Shown: positions 30,182 to 41,771, numbered from the stretch's first letter. The stretch: DNA of 64,000 nt from an uncultured bacterium (GCA_963749495.1 CAVVMW010000019.1:224001-288000), one strand, 5' to 3'. Numbers and translations are program-made. Notes: generated from the sequence alone by a model not told the origin.

Positions 30182-31213
30182 TCATGACAGGGCCCTCGCA
30201 ATTTTTATTGCCGCCGCCGACAGGAGCAGGGTGAACAGCGACACCGGGATGAGGATCTTCCACGAGAGGTTGAGCAGGCCGTAGAACTGGGTGCGCGGAA
30301 ACGTCCAGCGGACCCAGACGACGGAAAAGACCAGGAGATACATTTTGATGAGGAACCACGCCACACCGGGGAGGATGCCCAAGGGGCTCTGCCAGCCGCC
30401 CAGGAAGAGGACCGTCGCCAGGCTGCAGCCCAGGACGATGTTGGCGTATTCGGCCATGAAGAAGACGCCGAATCCCATGCCGGCGTATTCGGTGTAAGCG
30501 CCGGCCACCAACTCGCTCTCGGCCTCGGCCATATCGAAGGGGGCGCGGTTGGTCTCCGCCAGCGTGCAGATGTAGAAGATGAGGAAAGTCACCGGCATCA
30601 GCGGGTTGAGCCCGAGCCGGAAGAGGTTCCAATGCCAGAACGGCCCGGCCTGCTGCCGGACGATCTCGTTGAGGTTCAGGGTGCCGGTGGCCATGGCCAT
30701 GGTGATGACGACCAGGAGCATCGGGATTTCGTAGGCGACGTTCTGAGAAACGACGCGCGCGGCGGACATGACGGCGTACTTGTTGCGGGAGGACCAGGCG
30801 CCGAGCATGAGGGCCATGACGTTGATCGAGCCCAGGGCGAAGATCATCAGCAGACCCACGTTGAGATTGACCGCCGCCAGGCCCTGGCCAAAGGGGATCA
30901 CGGCCAGGCTCATCAGCGCCGGCGCCATGACCATCAACGGGGCTGCCCGAAACAGCGTCGCATCCACCCCGGCGGGGACGATGAGTTGCTTGGACATCAG
31001 CTTGAGGCCGTCGGCCACGGGCTGGAGCAGGCCGGCGGGGCCCACTTCGGTCGGCCCGGGCCGGCGCTGAAAATAACCCGCGCCCTTGCGCTCGACCCAG
31101 ACCAGGTAGGCCGCATTCAGGGCCACAAAGCCCAGGATCACCACCACGGCGAACACCAACCGGTAAGGTTCGGTGCCGAGCAGGGCGATGGTCTTGGAAA
31201 GGAGTGCGTTCAT
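30182..31213 (-). CDS. nuoH: NADH-quinone oxidoreductase subunit H
   Basis: ERK..G..Q.R.GP, QPVADGLKL, ETNRAPFDMAEAESEL. Confidence 0.95.
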   Translation of the reverse strand: MNALLSKTIALLGTEPYRLVFAVVVILGFVALNAAYLVWVERKGAGYFQRRPGPTEVGPAGLLQPVADGLKLMSKQLIVPAGVDATLFRAAPLMVMAPALMSLAVIPFGQGLAAVNLNVGLLMIFALGSINVMALMLGAWSSRNKYAVMSAARVVSQNVAYEIPMLLVVITMAMATGTLNLNEIVRQQAGPFWHWNLFRLGLNPLMPVTFLIFYICTLAETNRAPFDMAEAESELVAGAYTEYAGMGFGVFFMAEYANIVLGCSLATVLFLGGWQSPLGILPGVAWFLIKMYLLVFSVVWVRWTFPRTQFYGLLNLSWKILIPVSLFTLLLSAAAIKIARALS

Positions 31214-31326
31214 CCTGCGTTGAAAAATCCGAAGTTCAATGGCCGAACGCGTCTGACGCGTCTGACGGGTCCGACGGGTCTGACGGGTTCAGATTTGGAA
31301 TTTCGGGATTCGTCATGCATTGAAGT

Positions 31327-32478
31327 TCACCGATCGATGTCGGGTATAACCAGATCGAGGCTGCCCATCAGGGCCAGGGCGTCGGTCAGGAGCATCCCCC
31401 GGCTGGCTTCCTCGAAGAGGCTCAGGTTGGACAGGCAGGGCGTGCGCAGCTTGACGCGGTAGGGGATCTCCTTGTTGTCGCTGACGATGCGCACCATGAA
31501 CCGTCCGCGGGCGGCCTCGACCGCATAGCAGTAATCGCCGGCGGGCAGCTTGAGCACGCGCGGCACCTTCTCGGCCATGACGGGGCCTTGGGGCATTTTG
31601 TCCAGGGCCTGCTCGATGATGCGCAGGCTCTGGGCCATCTCTTCCATCCGGACCAGGTAGCGGGCCATCGAATCGCCCTCGGGGAAATGGGGGACCGCGA
31701 AGTCCAATTCGGGATAGACCGAGTAGGGCTCGGCCTTGCGGACGTCGTAGGCCAGGCCGGAGCCGCGGAGGACCGGGCCCGTGGCGCCGTATTTGCGGCA
31801 GAGTTCCTGGCTGATGGGGCCGATGCCGATGAGGCGCTTGCGCAGGATGATGTTGTCGGTGACCAGGCCGCGGTACATCTTCAGGCGCGGCCGCATTTGG
31901 GCGATGAACTGGCGCGTCCCTTTGAGGAAGGTCTCATCCACGTCGTTGCAGAGCCCCCCGAACCGATAGTAACAGTAGGTGAGCCGCGCGCCGGTGATGC
32001 CCTCCAGCAGGTCGAGGATCTTCTCGCGATCGTCGAACGCATAGAGCAGCGGCGTGAAGCCGCCCAGGTCCAGCAGAAAGGCCCCCCACCAGACCAGGTG
32101 GCTGGAGATGCGGTTGAGTTCCGAGGTGATGACGCGGATGTACTCGGCGCGGGGCGGCGGCTGGAGTTTGGCGGCCCGCTCGACGGCGCCCACGAAGGCA
32201 TGCGTGTAAGTCATCGCCGAGAGGTAATCAATGCGGCTGGTGTTGGGCAGGTACTGGGCGTAGGTGCGGTTTTCCGCCATCTTTTCCTGCATCCGATGGA
32301 TGTAGCCGCACACCGGTTCGGCGCGCATGACGTATTCGCCGTCCATGGTCATCTTGACGCGCAAGACCCCGTGGGTGGCCGGGTGCTGCGGCCCCAGGTT
32401 GAGCACAAAGGTCTCCTCGGGCGCGCCGCTGGCCGGACCGGAACCGGGACTCGGGGAGATGGCTTCTTTGACAATCAC
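31327..32478 (-). CDS. nuoD: NADH-quinone oxidoreductase subunit D
   Basis: NLGPQHPATHGVLR, RIDY, C-terminal DLVIPDIDR; no NiFe CxxC motifs. Confidence 0.95.
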   Translation of the reverse strand: MIVKEAISPSPGSGPASGAPEETFVLNLGPQHPATHGVLRVKMTMDGEYVMRAEPVCGYIHRMQEKMAENRTYAQYLPNTSRIDYLSAMTYTHAFVGAVERAAKLQPPPRAEYIRVITSELNRISSHLVWWGAFLLDLGGFTPLLYAFDDREKILDLLEGITGARLTYCYYRFGGLCNDVDETFLKGTRQFIAQMRPRLKMYRGLVTDNIILRKRLIGIGPISQELCRKYGATGPVLRGSGLAYDVRKAEPYSVYPELDFAVPHFPEGDSMARYLVRMEEMAQSLRIIEQALDKMPQGPVMAEKVPRVLKLPAGDYCYAVEAARGRFMVRIVSDNKEIPYRVKLRTPCLSNLSLFEEASRGMLLTDALALMGSLDLVIPDIDR

Positions 32479-33041
32479 GCGGTGAAGTCCTTCCTAAGCG
32501 GGTGATAATCCGCGTCCTCCGGCAGCAGGAACGGCGTCAGGTCCGGGTGCCCCTGGAAGCGCAGGCCGAAGAAATCGTGGGCCTCGCGCTCGTGCCAGTT
32601 GGCGCCGGGGAACACGCGGCAGATCGTGGGAACTTCCGGGTTGTCGCGCGGGACGCGGGTGCGGACCACGGCGCGCAAGGGGCGGGTGGGATGGAAGTAA
32701 TCATAAATGACCTCCATCTGGCCCTGGCCGATCCAATCCACTCCCGTTATCGTGTCCAGGGAAAACCCCTCCCGGTCCAGTTGTTCGGCCGCGGACACAA
32801 CCTGTTCGGGCGAGATGGTGGCGTCCAGATGGAAGCCCCTGAAGGAGTAGCAGACGGCTTGAAAAGGGATCGACAAGTGCGCCAGGGGGTTGGGCGTGGG
32901 TTCCTGGGCCGGGACGGGCGCCCCGGCAGGGATGGCTGCGCCGCCGGGCGCGCGGCCGGCAGGGGCGGCGCCCGGCGCATCGAGCCTGGCCGGGGCCGCC
33001 GGGGCGCCGTGGCTCTTAGGGTCTTGGCCTGTCTCGCTCAT
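32475..33041 (-). CDS. nuoC: NADH-quinone oxidoreductase subunit C
   Basis: ITGVDW, ANWHEREAHDFFG..F.GHP....HPLRKDF. Confidence 0.9.
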   Translation of the reverse strand: MSETGQDPKSHGAPAAPARLDAPGAAPAGRAPGGAAIPAGAPVPAQEPTPNPLAHLSIPFQAVCYSFRGFHLDATISPEQVVSAAEQLDREGFSLDTITGVDWIGQGQMEVIYDYFHPTRPLRAVVRTRVPRDNPEVPTICRVFPGANWHEREAHDFFGLRFQGHPDLTPFLLPEDADYHPLRKDFTA

Positions 33042-33057
33042 CTGCAAATCGTCCCTT

Positions 33058-33576
<519 letters not shown>

Positions 33577-34217
33577 TCGAAAAGGCCTTTCTTCCACGCG
33601 TAGGCGATGACCAGCGAGAGGATGCCCACGAAGAGGAACAACTCGACCAGGTCCCGGATCGCGAACTGCGGGTCGTTATACACCAGGGCCGCCGGGACCA
33701 GATAGAGCACGTCCACCGCAAACGCCACGAACACCAGGGCATACAGATAATACACCGCGCTGTAGCGGATCCACGCGTCCCCTATCGGGTCTATGCCGCA
33801 CTCGATCGCCTGCCGGGTCTTGTTGGCCGTCTGGCGCGTCCGGCGCGGCGCCAGGAGGTGGACGACCACGAACGGCCCGAGCGCGAAGGCCAGGCCCGCC
33901 AGACAGAAGGCGAACAGGTATATGAGATCGCCATAATGGGTGTCATCCATATTGGCTTAATTTGAGAATAAGCCCGGGTAGGGGTCAACACATAAGGTGC
34001 CATTTACTCAACTTTTTTTGTCATGGCCAGGGCATAAGACTACCGAAAGGAGAAAAACCGAGGGTTCCAGACCGGCTAATGCGCTGGCGGGCAATGAGAT
34101 TCCATTTAGCGTAACTGATGCCGCGGCAGGCCTGGAATCCCGGCGAGAGGGCCTTCGGCCCTCTCCTTTTCCCAGCCTATGACGCAAAGCCCGGCAGGGG
34201 CAACGCTCATTCATCCA

Positions 34218-36890
34218 TCAATCCATCAATCTGATCACCTGCGCCTGCTGGGGTGCCAGGCTGACCTCCCAGCGGGGGCCCGCGCCCATTGCGGTCGCCG
34301 AGACCAGTTCCCGGGCCTGGAGTGCCGCGGTCAGGCCCAGAGGCCGGGTGTTGACTTGCACCACCCCGGTTTGGCGCTGGGCGGTGTCGTTGAAGAGCGT
34401 GAGATAGACTGTCCCGGCGGCATCGGGGCCGAAGCGCTCGATCCAGATGCCGGGGTTCTCGCACGCGGCCTGGGTCACCGGCTGCCAGCCGGCCTGGGCC
34501 ACGGCCCGGATGAGCGGGAGGTACTTTTTGAAGAGCGGCCGGTCGCGGTTATACCACCTGGGATTCCCCCAATACGGATTGTCGGCGGCGTTGTGGCTGA
34601 ACATGCCGGGCCACATGCCGTAGAAGAGGCTGCGCTGGAAGTAACGTTCGACCATCTCGGGGCCGAAGACATCGTAATCGGTGTTCATCAGCAGCAGGTA
34701 CGGTTTTTGGCCGAGCATTGTCCGCCAGAGGCTCATCTGGGAGTCCGGGGCGGGGTGGTACTTGTTTTCAGAGAGCCAGTCGGTCTCGGTGCCCATCACG
34801 TCCAGCCACGGGCAGAGGAAGGTGTAACGATAGGGCACGCCGTTGGCGAAGGTGAGCTTGCCCATGCGGTGCACGTCGTCGCAAAACCACTTGGTGAACT
34901 CGAAGACCGCGAGCCCTTTTTCGAGCGCCGGTTTGCGCGTGTCCGTGGCGAAACCGAGCGGCACCGTGGTATAGCGGAAATGCTCGCGGCGGAAATTCAG
35001 GTCCGCGGTGACATATCCCTCGAGCGAATCGAGATACTCGCCGTCCAGTTGTCCCTTGGCTCCCGGCCCGTAGAGGTTCTGCTTAATGGCCTCGTTCCAA
35101 TGGACGGTGGCGGCGTTGTGTGCCTCCGGGCCCCGCTCCTGGGTCTCGGGTGCGGAGGCAGGGGCGGAGGAGGCGCCGGGGAGGGCCGGGTTCGGGTTGA
35201 GGCTCCAGACCGCGCCGTTGCACCAGGGCGTGTCGCGAAAGAGCAGGCACGGCTGGCCGGTGTCGTCGCACATGGCGGCTGCGCGGCTGGCCAGGGCCAT
35301 CCGGCGCTCGCCCCCGTTGCCGTTTTGGGCGAGTTGGTCGCGCACCCGGAGCGCCTCGGGCAGCGTCCGGGGCGCGTCCTTGCTCATGCGCATCCACCAG
35401 GTCATAGGCTCCGTGTAGCGGAAACTCAGGACGCCGTGGGCGTCGTCCCAGGTGACATTGTTGTTGCCCTCGTGGAATTTGAAGGCGAAGTCCTGCCACC
35501 CCTGGACGGTGCTGATGTCCGTAAAGGGCATCCAAAGGCCCTGCTCGAGGGTGCGCACGCGGAAGTAGTCCGGGAAGATCTGCATCAGCTTCTCGAACGC
35601 CCCCCGGAAACCCCATTGCGGCTCGAAGCGGAAGAGCACAAAACGGAAATCCGCCGCCCCCGGGAAATGCTCCGTCTCGGGCGCCAGCCCGAAATCGTAG
35701 GCGATGTAGAGCTGCGCCAGGCCGGCGTGGCAGCCGACGCGGAATTGGGCCGGGTGCGCCATGTCCAGGGCAATCGCCAGGCCCGCCTGGGCTTGGGTTG
35801 TGCAAATGGCGGCCAGCGGGTAAAGCAACTGGGTCCCTGTGGCCCCGCAATGCACCGGCACCGTGTTCGCAAATTCGCCCGCTCCGGCTATCCGCCGCTC
35901 GCGGCGTATGTCGTCACCCCAAAGCCAGCCCGTGGCATCAACCGGCAGGGCGAAGACCAGCGTGATGGCCCGGTCGCCCCCGCGCGTATTCTGCACCCGC
36001 CCTTCCACCACGATATGGCCCGCCTCGGCGCGGCAGGCGCTTTGGAGCCTCAGCCCCAGGTCGGGGCTTTCCCCGCTGCCCAGGGAGTAGAAGTCCGAGT
36101 TGGCGGCCACGTCACGGGCCAGAAAACCCGAAGGCGCACTGCCGGCCAGTTCCCGGCCGCCGACCTGCAGCGAAGCCACGGCCCCGCCGCGCAGTTCCAT
36201 CTGCAGACCGTCCTGAGTCTTGAACAGAGCCGCCTGGCCCGCCGGCTTGTCCCTCTCCGCTGCGGGCTTCACCGCCACGCCCTGGTAAAGCACTGTCCCC
36301 TCCGCCGCCGTGATCTCCTCGACGGCCACATCGTCGAACCACGCCCTGCCCGAATGGTTGCGCAACAGGCAGTGCAGCGTGAGCACCTTCACCGGTCGTT
36401 CCGGCAGGATGACCATCTCCCGTTGCTCCCAATCGTGCGTCCCGGCATGGAAGTTGGCCGTCTGGCCCCAAAGCGTCGTGCCGTCCATGTAGAGGATGTC
36501 CACGTAAAGCGAGTAGTCATTGTCCGAGCCGCCGCCGACCTGCTGCGCCTTGCTCCAGCCGCGCACCATCAGCGGCGCGACGCTGGCGCGATTGAGCGTG
36601 AGGCTCTGGCTGGCGCCGGCCCACCCGCGCCCCTCGGGGTTGTCGCAGCGCAGGGCCTGGGACCCGTTGCGCCCCTCGCCGGCGGCTCCCGAATAGCCCT
36701 GGGGTGCCGCCGCCCAATCGCTCAGTTTACCGGCCCTCGACTGCTCGAAATCGCCGTTGCGCAGGAGCGTCGCCCCCTCGCCCCCGGCCGTGATCACCTT
36801 CAGGACCGGCTCGGCGCCCTTGGCTGTCCCTGCAACCAACAGTCCGCACCCAACCGCCAGGATGGACCCAATGTTCGTTTTCATCTTCAT
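34218..36890 (-). CDS. Large secreted hypothetical protein with CBM4/9-like domain, probable carbohydrate-active enzyme
   Basis: Signal peptide, LRNGDFE...AWFDDV CBM-like domain, barrel-like region DGEYLDSLEG...TFANG...GTE. Confidence 0.55.
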   Translation of the reverse strand: MKMKTNIGSILAVGCGLLVAGTAKGAEPVLKVITAGGEGATLLRNGDFEQSRAGKLSDWAAAPQGYSGAAGEGRNGSQALRCDNPEGRGWAGASQSLTLNRASVAPLMVRGWSKAQQVGGGSDNDYSLYVDILYMDGTTLWGQTANFHAGTHDWEQREMVILPERPVKVLTLHCLLRNHSGRAWFDDVAVEEITAAEGTVLYQGVAVKPAAERDKPAGQAALFKTQDGLQMELRGGAVASLQVGGRELAGSAPSGFLARDVAANSDFYSLGSGESPDLGLRLQSACRAEAGHIVVEGRVQNTRGGDRAITLVFALPVDATGWLWGDDIRRERRIAGAGEFANTVPVHCGATGTQLLYPLAAICTTQAQAGLAIALDMAHPAQFRVGCHAGLAQLYIAYDFGLAPETEHFPGAADFRFVLFRFEPQWGFRGAFEKLMQIFPDYFRVRTLEQGLWMPFTDISTVQGWQDFAFKFHEGNNNVTWDDAHGVLSFRYTEPMTWWMRMSKDAPRTLPEALRVRDQLAQNGNGGERRMALASRAAAMCDDTGQPCLLFRDTPWCNGAVWSLNPNPALPGASSAPASAPETQERGPEAHNAATVHWNEAIKQNLYGPGAKGQLDGEYLDSLEGYVTADLNFRREHFRYTTVPLGFATDTRKPALEKGLAVFEFTKWFCDDVHRMGKLTFANGVPYRYTFLCPWLDVMGTETDWLSENKYHPAPDSQMSLWRTMLGQKPYLLLMNTDYDVFGPEMVERYFQRSLFYGMWPGMFSHNAADNPYWGNPRWYNRDRPLFKKYLPLIRAVAQAGWQPVTQAACENPGIWIERFGPDAAGTVYLTLFNDTAQRQTGVVQVNTRPLGLTAALQARELVSATAMGAGPRWEVSLAPQQAQVIRLMD

Positions 36891-36999
36891 GATTCTGCCA
36901 ACAATGATTCTGCCTTCCCTGGACGGGAAGACAAGCCTGGCACTACATTTTGCAGCAGTTTGGTGATACCCTGAACCATGAACCGATTGGATTGAACCC

Positions 37000-37662
37000 A
37001 TGAACCAAGACCAGACCATTATGTCGAGCCAACGGTTGCTGGGCTCGCTGCGGTGGCGCTACGCGACCAAGTCCTTTGATGCCAGGCGCAAGATTCCTGC
37101 CGAGGTCTGGACGGTCCTGGAGGAGAGCCTGGTGCTGGCGCCGTCCTCGTTCGGCCTGCAGCCCTACCGTTTCCTGGTGGTGGAAGACCGGGCGGCGCGC
37201 GAGAGGCTGCTGGCGCATGCCCGGGGCCAGCGGCAGGTAGTCGAGGCCTCGCACTTCGTGGTCTTCGCCGCGCGCACGGCGGTGACCGCCCAGGAGATTG
37301 ATGCCTTCCTGGAGCACACGGCGAGCGTGCGTGGGATGCCGGTCGAGTCGCTGGCGGGCTACCGCGGGATGATGACCGGGACGCTCTTGAGCGAGGAGTT
37401 CAAGCCGCTGGCCCCGCAATGGGCAGTGCGGCAGGCCTATCTGGCCCTGGGCAGCCTGCTCACGTGCGCGGCGCTGCTGGGCGTCGATGCCTGCCCCATG
37501 GAAGGCTTTGTGCCCGCCCAGTTCGACAAGCTCCTCGGCCTGGCCGGGCAGGGGCTCACCGCGGCGGTCTGCTGCGCCCTGGGCTACCGCAGCCCGGACG
37601 ACAAATACGCCGCCGCACCCAAGGTGCGCTTTCCAAGAAACCTGCTGGTTAAGACGATCTAG
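37000..37662 (+). CDS. Nitroreductase (NfsB-like NAD(P)H-dependent oxidoreductase)
   Basis: WRYATKSFD, LAPSSFGLQP, GVDACPMEGF, LGYR..K.R. Confidence 0.9.
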   Translation: MNQDQTIMSSQRLLGSLRWRYATKSFDARRKIPAEVWTVLEESLVLAPSSFGLQPYRFLVVEDRAARERLLAHARGQRQVVEASHFVVFAARTAVTAQEIDAFLEHTASVRGMPVESLAGYRGMMTGTLLSEEFKPLAPQWAVRQAYLALGSLLTCAALLGVDACPMEGFVPAQFDKLLGLAGQGLTAAVCCALGYRSPDDKYAAAPKVRFPRNLLVKTI

Positions 37663-37709
37663 CCCTTGTCCCAACCGCCTCGCTTTTTGCTGTTGACGCC
37701 GCGCAGCGG

Positions 37710-38744
37710 ATGACTAGGCTGCGCCCCATGAGCAAGACGAGCTTTCCAACCTGTGTTCCCGGCGCCGTGTCCGGCGCGTTAGCGAGTACCAATCTCAGAG
37801 CGTTTTGCCGCACGCTGGCCGTGGCATTGCTCGCGCTCGGGTGGCCGGCCCAGGCGCCAGGCGCGGCCACCGCGCCGGAGGCCCAGCCCGAGGCCAAAGC
37901 GGCCCAACCGGCCCCGGCCGCCCAGGTCAAATTGCTCGAGGCCGGGGCCAAGCCGCGCAAGGCCTTGCGCCTGCACCCCAAGGCCGGCGACAAGCAGTCG
38001 CTGGACTTGACCATCAAATGGACGATGGACGTCCCGCTCGGCGAGATGGGCAACCAGGTGATGAAAATGCCGCCGATGAAGATTTCTGCGGACGTAACGG
38101 TCAAGAGCGTCGCGCCCGGCGGCGATATTGCCTATGACCTGGTCATAACCGACTCCGGCCTGGGCGAGGAACCGGATGCCATGCCGCAGGCCGTCGAGGC
38201 CCTCAAGGCATCCATGACCGGCCTCAAGGGGCGCACCGGCAAGGGTGTCATGTCCGACCGTGGCGTCAGCAAGGCGCTCGATATGGACGTGCCGCCGGAT
38301 GCGGACCCGCAAATGCGCCAGACAGTCGAGCAGATGACGGAGGCCTTTTGCAGGATGGCGGTCAAGCTGCCCGAGGAGACGGTGGGCCGCGGCGCCAAGT
38401 GGGAGTACAAGGACAGGCTCAAGTCGCAAGGCATGACCAGGGACGAGGCCTCGAGCTACGAGGTGGTTTCGATCGAGGGCGAGCGGCTGACCGCCAAGAG
38501 CACCTCTGCCGACAGCGCCCCGAAGCAGAAAATCCAGAACCCCGCCATGCAGGGGATGGAGATGGAACTGAACAGCCTGTCCGGCACCAGCCATGGCACC
38601 GTCCTCACCGACTTGGGCAGGCTTTTCCCGTCCAAAGCGACCGGGGACGCCCACACCGAGCTCTCGATGGCGATGGACATGGGCGTCCAGAAGAACTCGA
38701 TGACAATGAAGATCGACGCGACCATCACCCTGGAGTCCAAGTGA
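37710..38744 (+). CDS. Secreted hypothetical protein (DUF6263-like)
   Basis: Signal-like hydrophobic segment; VKLLEAG..PR..LR, LPEE.VG.GAKW. Confidence 0.55.
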   Translation: MTRLRPMSKTSFPTCVPGAVSGALASTNLRAFCRTLAVALLALGWPAQAPGAATAPEAQPEAKAAQPAPAAQVKLLEAGAKPRKALRLHPKAGDKQSLDLTIKWTMDVPLGEMGNQVMKMPPMKISADVTVKSVAPGGDIAYDLVITDSGLGEEPDAMPQAVEALKASMTGLKGRTGKGVMSDRGVSKALDMDVPPDADPQMRQTVEQMTEAFCRMAVKLPEETVGRGAKWEYKDRLKSQGMTRDEASSYEVVSIEGERLTAKSTSADSAPKQKIQNPAMQGMEMELNSLSGTSHGTVLTDLGRLFPSKATGDAHTELSMAMDMGVQKNSMTMKIDATITLESK

Positions 38745-39059
38745 GCCGGGCCGGCGGCGTGACCGCTCAGTGAAGGCGGGCACAGTCCCCTGCGGACCCC
38801 TCACCCCGGCCCTCTCCCCTTCGGAAGGGGAGAGGGAGAAGCGTCCGCCGTCTCTGGAACTTCCTAGCCCGCATATTTCATAGCCCACCCGGCTTTTCGC
38901 GTTTCGGAGGATTTTTTGGAGACAAATCGGGCTGGGCGGCGCAGTTTTTTCCGTCTGGGCACTGATCAGGGCGCAACGGAGTCTTTAGTCAAACAAAAAG
39001 GCTGCCGCTGAAAACACCCCTCCCGTGACTCTTGAAACATCGACCCCATTTTTCTGCAC

Positions 39060-40507
39060 TTAGCCCGGGGCCGGCGCCAACGCCATCAGCCGCCGGTGGC
39101 ACCGCCGAAACAGCGCTTGCAAGGGATAGGCGCTGCACATCTGCACATAGACCCGGCGCACGCTCACGCGCACCTGGGCCGCGATTTTCAGCAGCTTCAC
39201 ACGCAGGCTCCCAGCCGTCGCCCGCTCCAACTCCGTTCCCGCCAAGCCCTGCGTGCGCAAGCGCTCCATCAACAGGTAAGCAAACATGGCCTCCCACAAT
39301 CGAAACTGATTGCTGGCCATATAATGCGTGCTCATCCGGTCGGCGTGTAAATCCAGCACTTGCTGCTTGAGCAGGTTTTCCATATCGCCCCGGGCGCAGG
39401 TACAGTTCCTCATAAAGCCGGGCCGGACTGAAGCGGCTCTGTTGCTCATCCTCATCCTCATCGTTCTTGAAGCCTTCGGCAGGCAGATTGGTCACCACAA
39501 ACCGTGGGTTTTCCCCTGCGTTCATCACTTCGGCTTTGCCGATCACCCGGCGCTCCCGACTCCAACTGTCGAGCGTCCGGTATTGAAACTCAGCGAACTG
39601 GCGCACGCTGGCCGCACCGGTCAGACAGTGACGGGCCCGGGCTTGAGCCAGGGCCTGCCAGCTTCTCAATTAACACCGAGTTCTTGGCCAAGCCCAGGCA
39701 ATAGTAAATCCCCCGCTGGCTCTCGCACCAAGCCATAATCTCCTGCCGGCCAAAACCGCTGTCCCCGCGCACAATAATCCGCGCCTTGGGGCAACGCTTG
39801 CGAATCGCGGCCACTATCTTCTCCAGCGCGGGCACCGCTCCGTGGGCTGCCTCGTGCTCGGCGGTGCGCAGTTGCGCCCATAGCGGGAAGTCCCCGACAA
39901 AGGCATAGAGCGGCAGATAACAATAGTCGTCATAGTAGGCGTTGAAGTGCCGCCCCTCCTGAAATCCGTGCAACCGATGGCCCATTGCGTCCAAATCCAC
40001 CACGATCTCCTTGGCGCGTTTGGGCAGACAGCGCACCCCCATTTTCAGCAGGCAGGCTTCCACCTTGGCTGGGGCGTGCGGCAGTTTGTGGCAGCGCGTG
40101 TCTTTGTTATTGGATAATTCCAGCCGGTTGAGTGTGGAGGGCGCCGCCAGCGCGATGCCCCGGTGCTGCGGCAGCACCCTGTCTTGTCCCAGCGGATCGG
40201 TCTTGCCGCAGGCGGCAGCCAGCAGCGGGTCCAAGCGCAGGCGCTGGTGATCCTCAATGTCTTCGTAGCCCAGGGCCGTTCCGAAGATGCGCTGGCGCAG
40301 GAGTTCCTGCACCGAATGGTTTACCCAGTCGGGGTCACGCAGGTCGTAAAAACATTGCGCCAGTTCCGCCGTCACCCCGAGGTTAGTGTCGACCTGGCGC
40401 AGCAGCAGCGCGCCGGCATCACTGGAGAGGGCGCCGCCGGAGAAATCGGCTTGCACACGGCGAGGACCCAAGTCATCAAAGAGAATTGCTTGATTGGCAA
40501 CGCACAT
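39060..40507 (-). pseudogene. IS1380 DDE transposase, two frameshifts (~39660, ~39397)
   Basis: DFSGG.LSSDAG, VDLDA, IVRGDSGF, ARGDMEN..K, NQFRL. Confidence 0.85.
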
Positions 40508-40529
40508 GTAGTTAGTCTATAGGCTAGAT

Positions 40530-40751
40530 ATGAAAAAGCAAGTAAAATATTCACTCAAAGTGCAGGCAATCCGTTCCAAGGGGCAGACCCCCAAGCTCTA
40601 TGTGTATTTTCCGATCCCCCTGGCCGCCGCCATTGGGCTGGAGCCGGGAGAGCAGGTCGAGTGGGAGCTTTTGAACCGAAGCGAACTATATTTGGTGCGC
40701 CCGCACGCCCCGCCGCCGCGCGCTCGTCCCCGCGCTTTGGCAGTCGGCTGA
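40530..40751 (+). CDS. Small AbrB/MazE-like DNA-binding protein inside IS1380
   Basis: LYVYFPIPLAAAIGLEPGEQVEW. Confidence 0.6.
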   Translation: MKKQVKYSLKVQAIRSKGQTPKLYVYFPIPLAAAIGLEPGEQVEWELLNRSELYLVRPHAPPPRARPRALAVG

Positions 40752-41069
40752 GCGTTCGACACCCTGTCGGTAACCCACCCGCCATCCTGCCAGTGGTCCA
40801 GGCCCGGTAAATCCGGCCCACCATGGCGATTTCATGCCAAATTTCGCGATCAACTATGAAATATGCGGGCTAGGGTCTCCCTTTCCTCAAGATGCTGCGC
40901 ACAACTCTCCCTCTCCCCATCCGACTCGCCGCGCTGCCGCGCCGTCGCAGCGGGTGGGGAGAGGGCCGGGGTGAGGGGTCTGCCCGAGGTGCCGCTGCCG
41001 CCTTCCCTGATGCCTCCCGGCGGCCGTGATTTGCCTTGTTTGGGCGGGCAGTTGGGGTAAGCTACGAGC

Positions 41070-41771
41070 ATGGCGACACCTGCCGCACCCACGGTTCCGA
41101 CGGGAGCGCCGGCCACCGAGGTCTCCGAACCCTTGCTGGAGGCCGGGGACAGGCTCTCCCGCGATGAATTCGAGCGCCGCTACGAGCGCCTGCCGCAGCT
41201 CAAGAAGGCCGAATTAATCGAAGGAATCGTCTATATGCCCTCGCCGCTCCGCGCCACCAAACACGGTCAGCCCCAGATTTTCCTCTCCACCTGGCTGGGA
41301 ATTTACGCCGCGGAAACCCCCGGAGTCGGGTGCTTCGCCAACTCGACGGTGCGTCTGGATCTGGACAACGAGCCGCAGCCTGACGTGGTGCTGCTCAAGC
41401 TGCCGGCGCTCGGTGGACAAGCGCGCATTTCCGCCGATGACTACATCGAAGACGCGCCCGAGCTGGTGGTGGAAATCGTCGGCTCTTCGCGCGCCTACGA
41501 CCTGCACCAGAAGAAAGGCGCCTACCGCCGCAACGGCGTGCGCGAGTACCTGGCCTGGATTACGGGCGAGCAGCGCCTGGTCTGGTGGGAGCTTAGGGAA
41601 GGCGAGTATCAGGAGATCGCCGCGGCCGCCGATAGGCTGCTCAAGAGCCGCGTTTTTCCCGGTCTCTGGCTCGATGCCGGGGCGCTGCTGGGCGGCGACA
41701 TGAAAACGGTCTTGGCGGCCTTGCGGCGCGGGCTGGACAGCCCTGAGCACCGCGCGCTCCAGCCCGCCTGA
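41070..41771 (+). CDS. Uma2 family (DUF820) endonuclease-fold protein
   Basis: ELIEGIVYMPSP, EPQPD, PELVVEI, K..YRRNGVREY. Confidence 0.9.
   Translation: MATPAAPTVPTGAPATEVSEPLLEAGDRLSRDEFERRYERLPQLKKAELIEGIVYMPSPLRATKHGQPQIFLSTWLGIYAAETPGVGCFANSTVRLDLDNEPQPDVVLLKLPALGGQARISADDYIEDAPELVVEIVGSSRAYDLHQKKGAYRRNGVREYLAWITGEQRLVWWELREGEYQEIAAAADRLLKSRVFPGLWLDAGALLGGDMKTVLAALRRGLDSPEHRALQPA

Larger units (their letters stand above)
38863..40874 (-). mobile_element. IS1380 family insertion sequence
   Basis: 21-bp perfect terminal inverted repeats cctagcccgcatatttcatag / ctatgaaatatgcgggctagg. Confidence 0.9.

Noticed and set aside
34179..36974. Long antisense ORFs (also 706-2340, 4823-6628, 14607-16382, 24140-26164, 58795-60816, 60892-62730)
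   Set aside because: Shadow ORFs typical of high-GC DNA, opposite genes with clear motifs.
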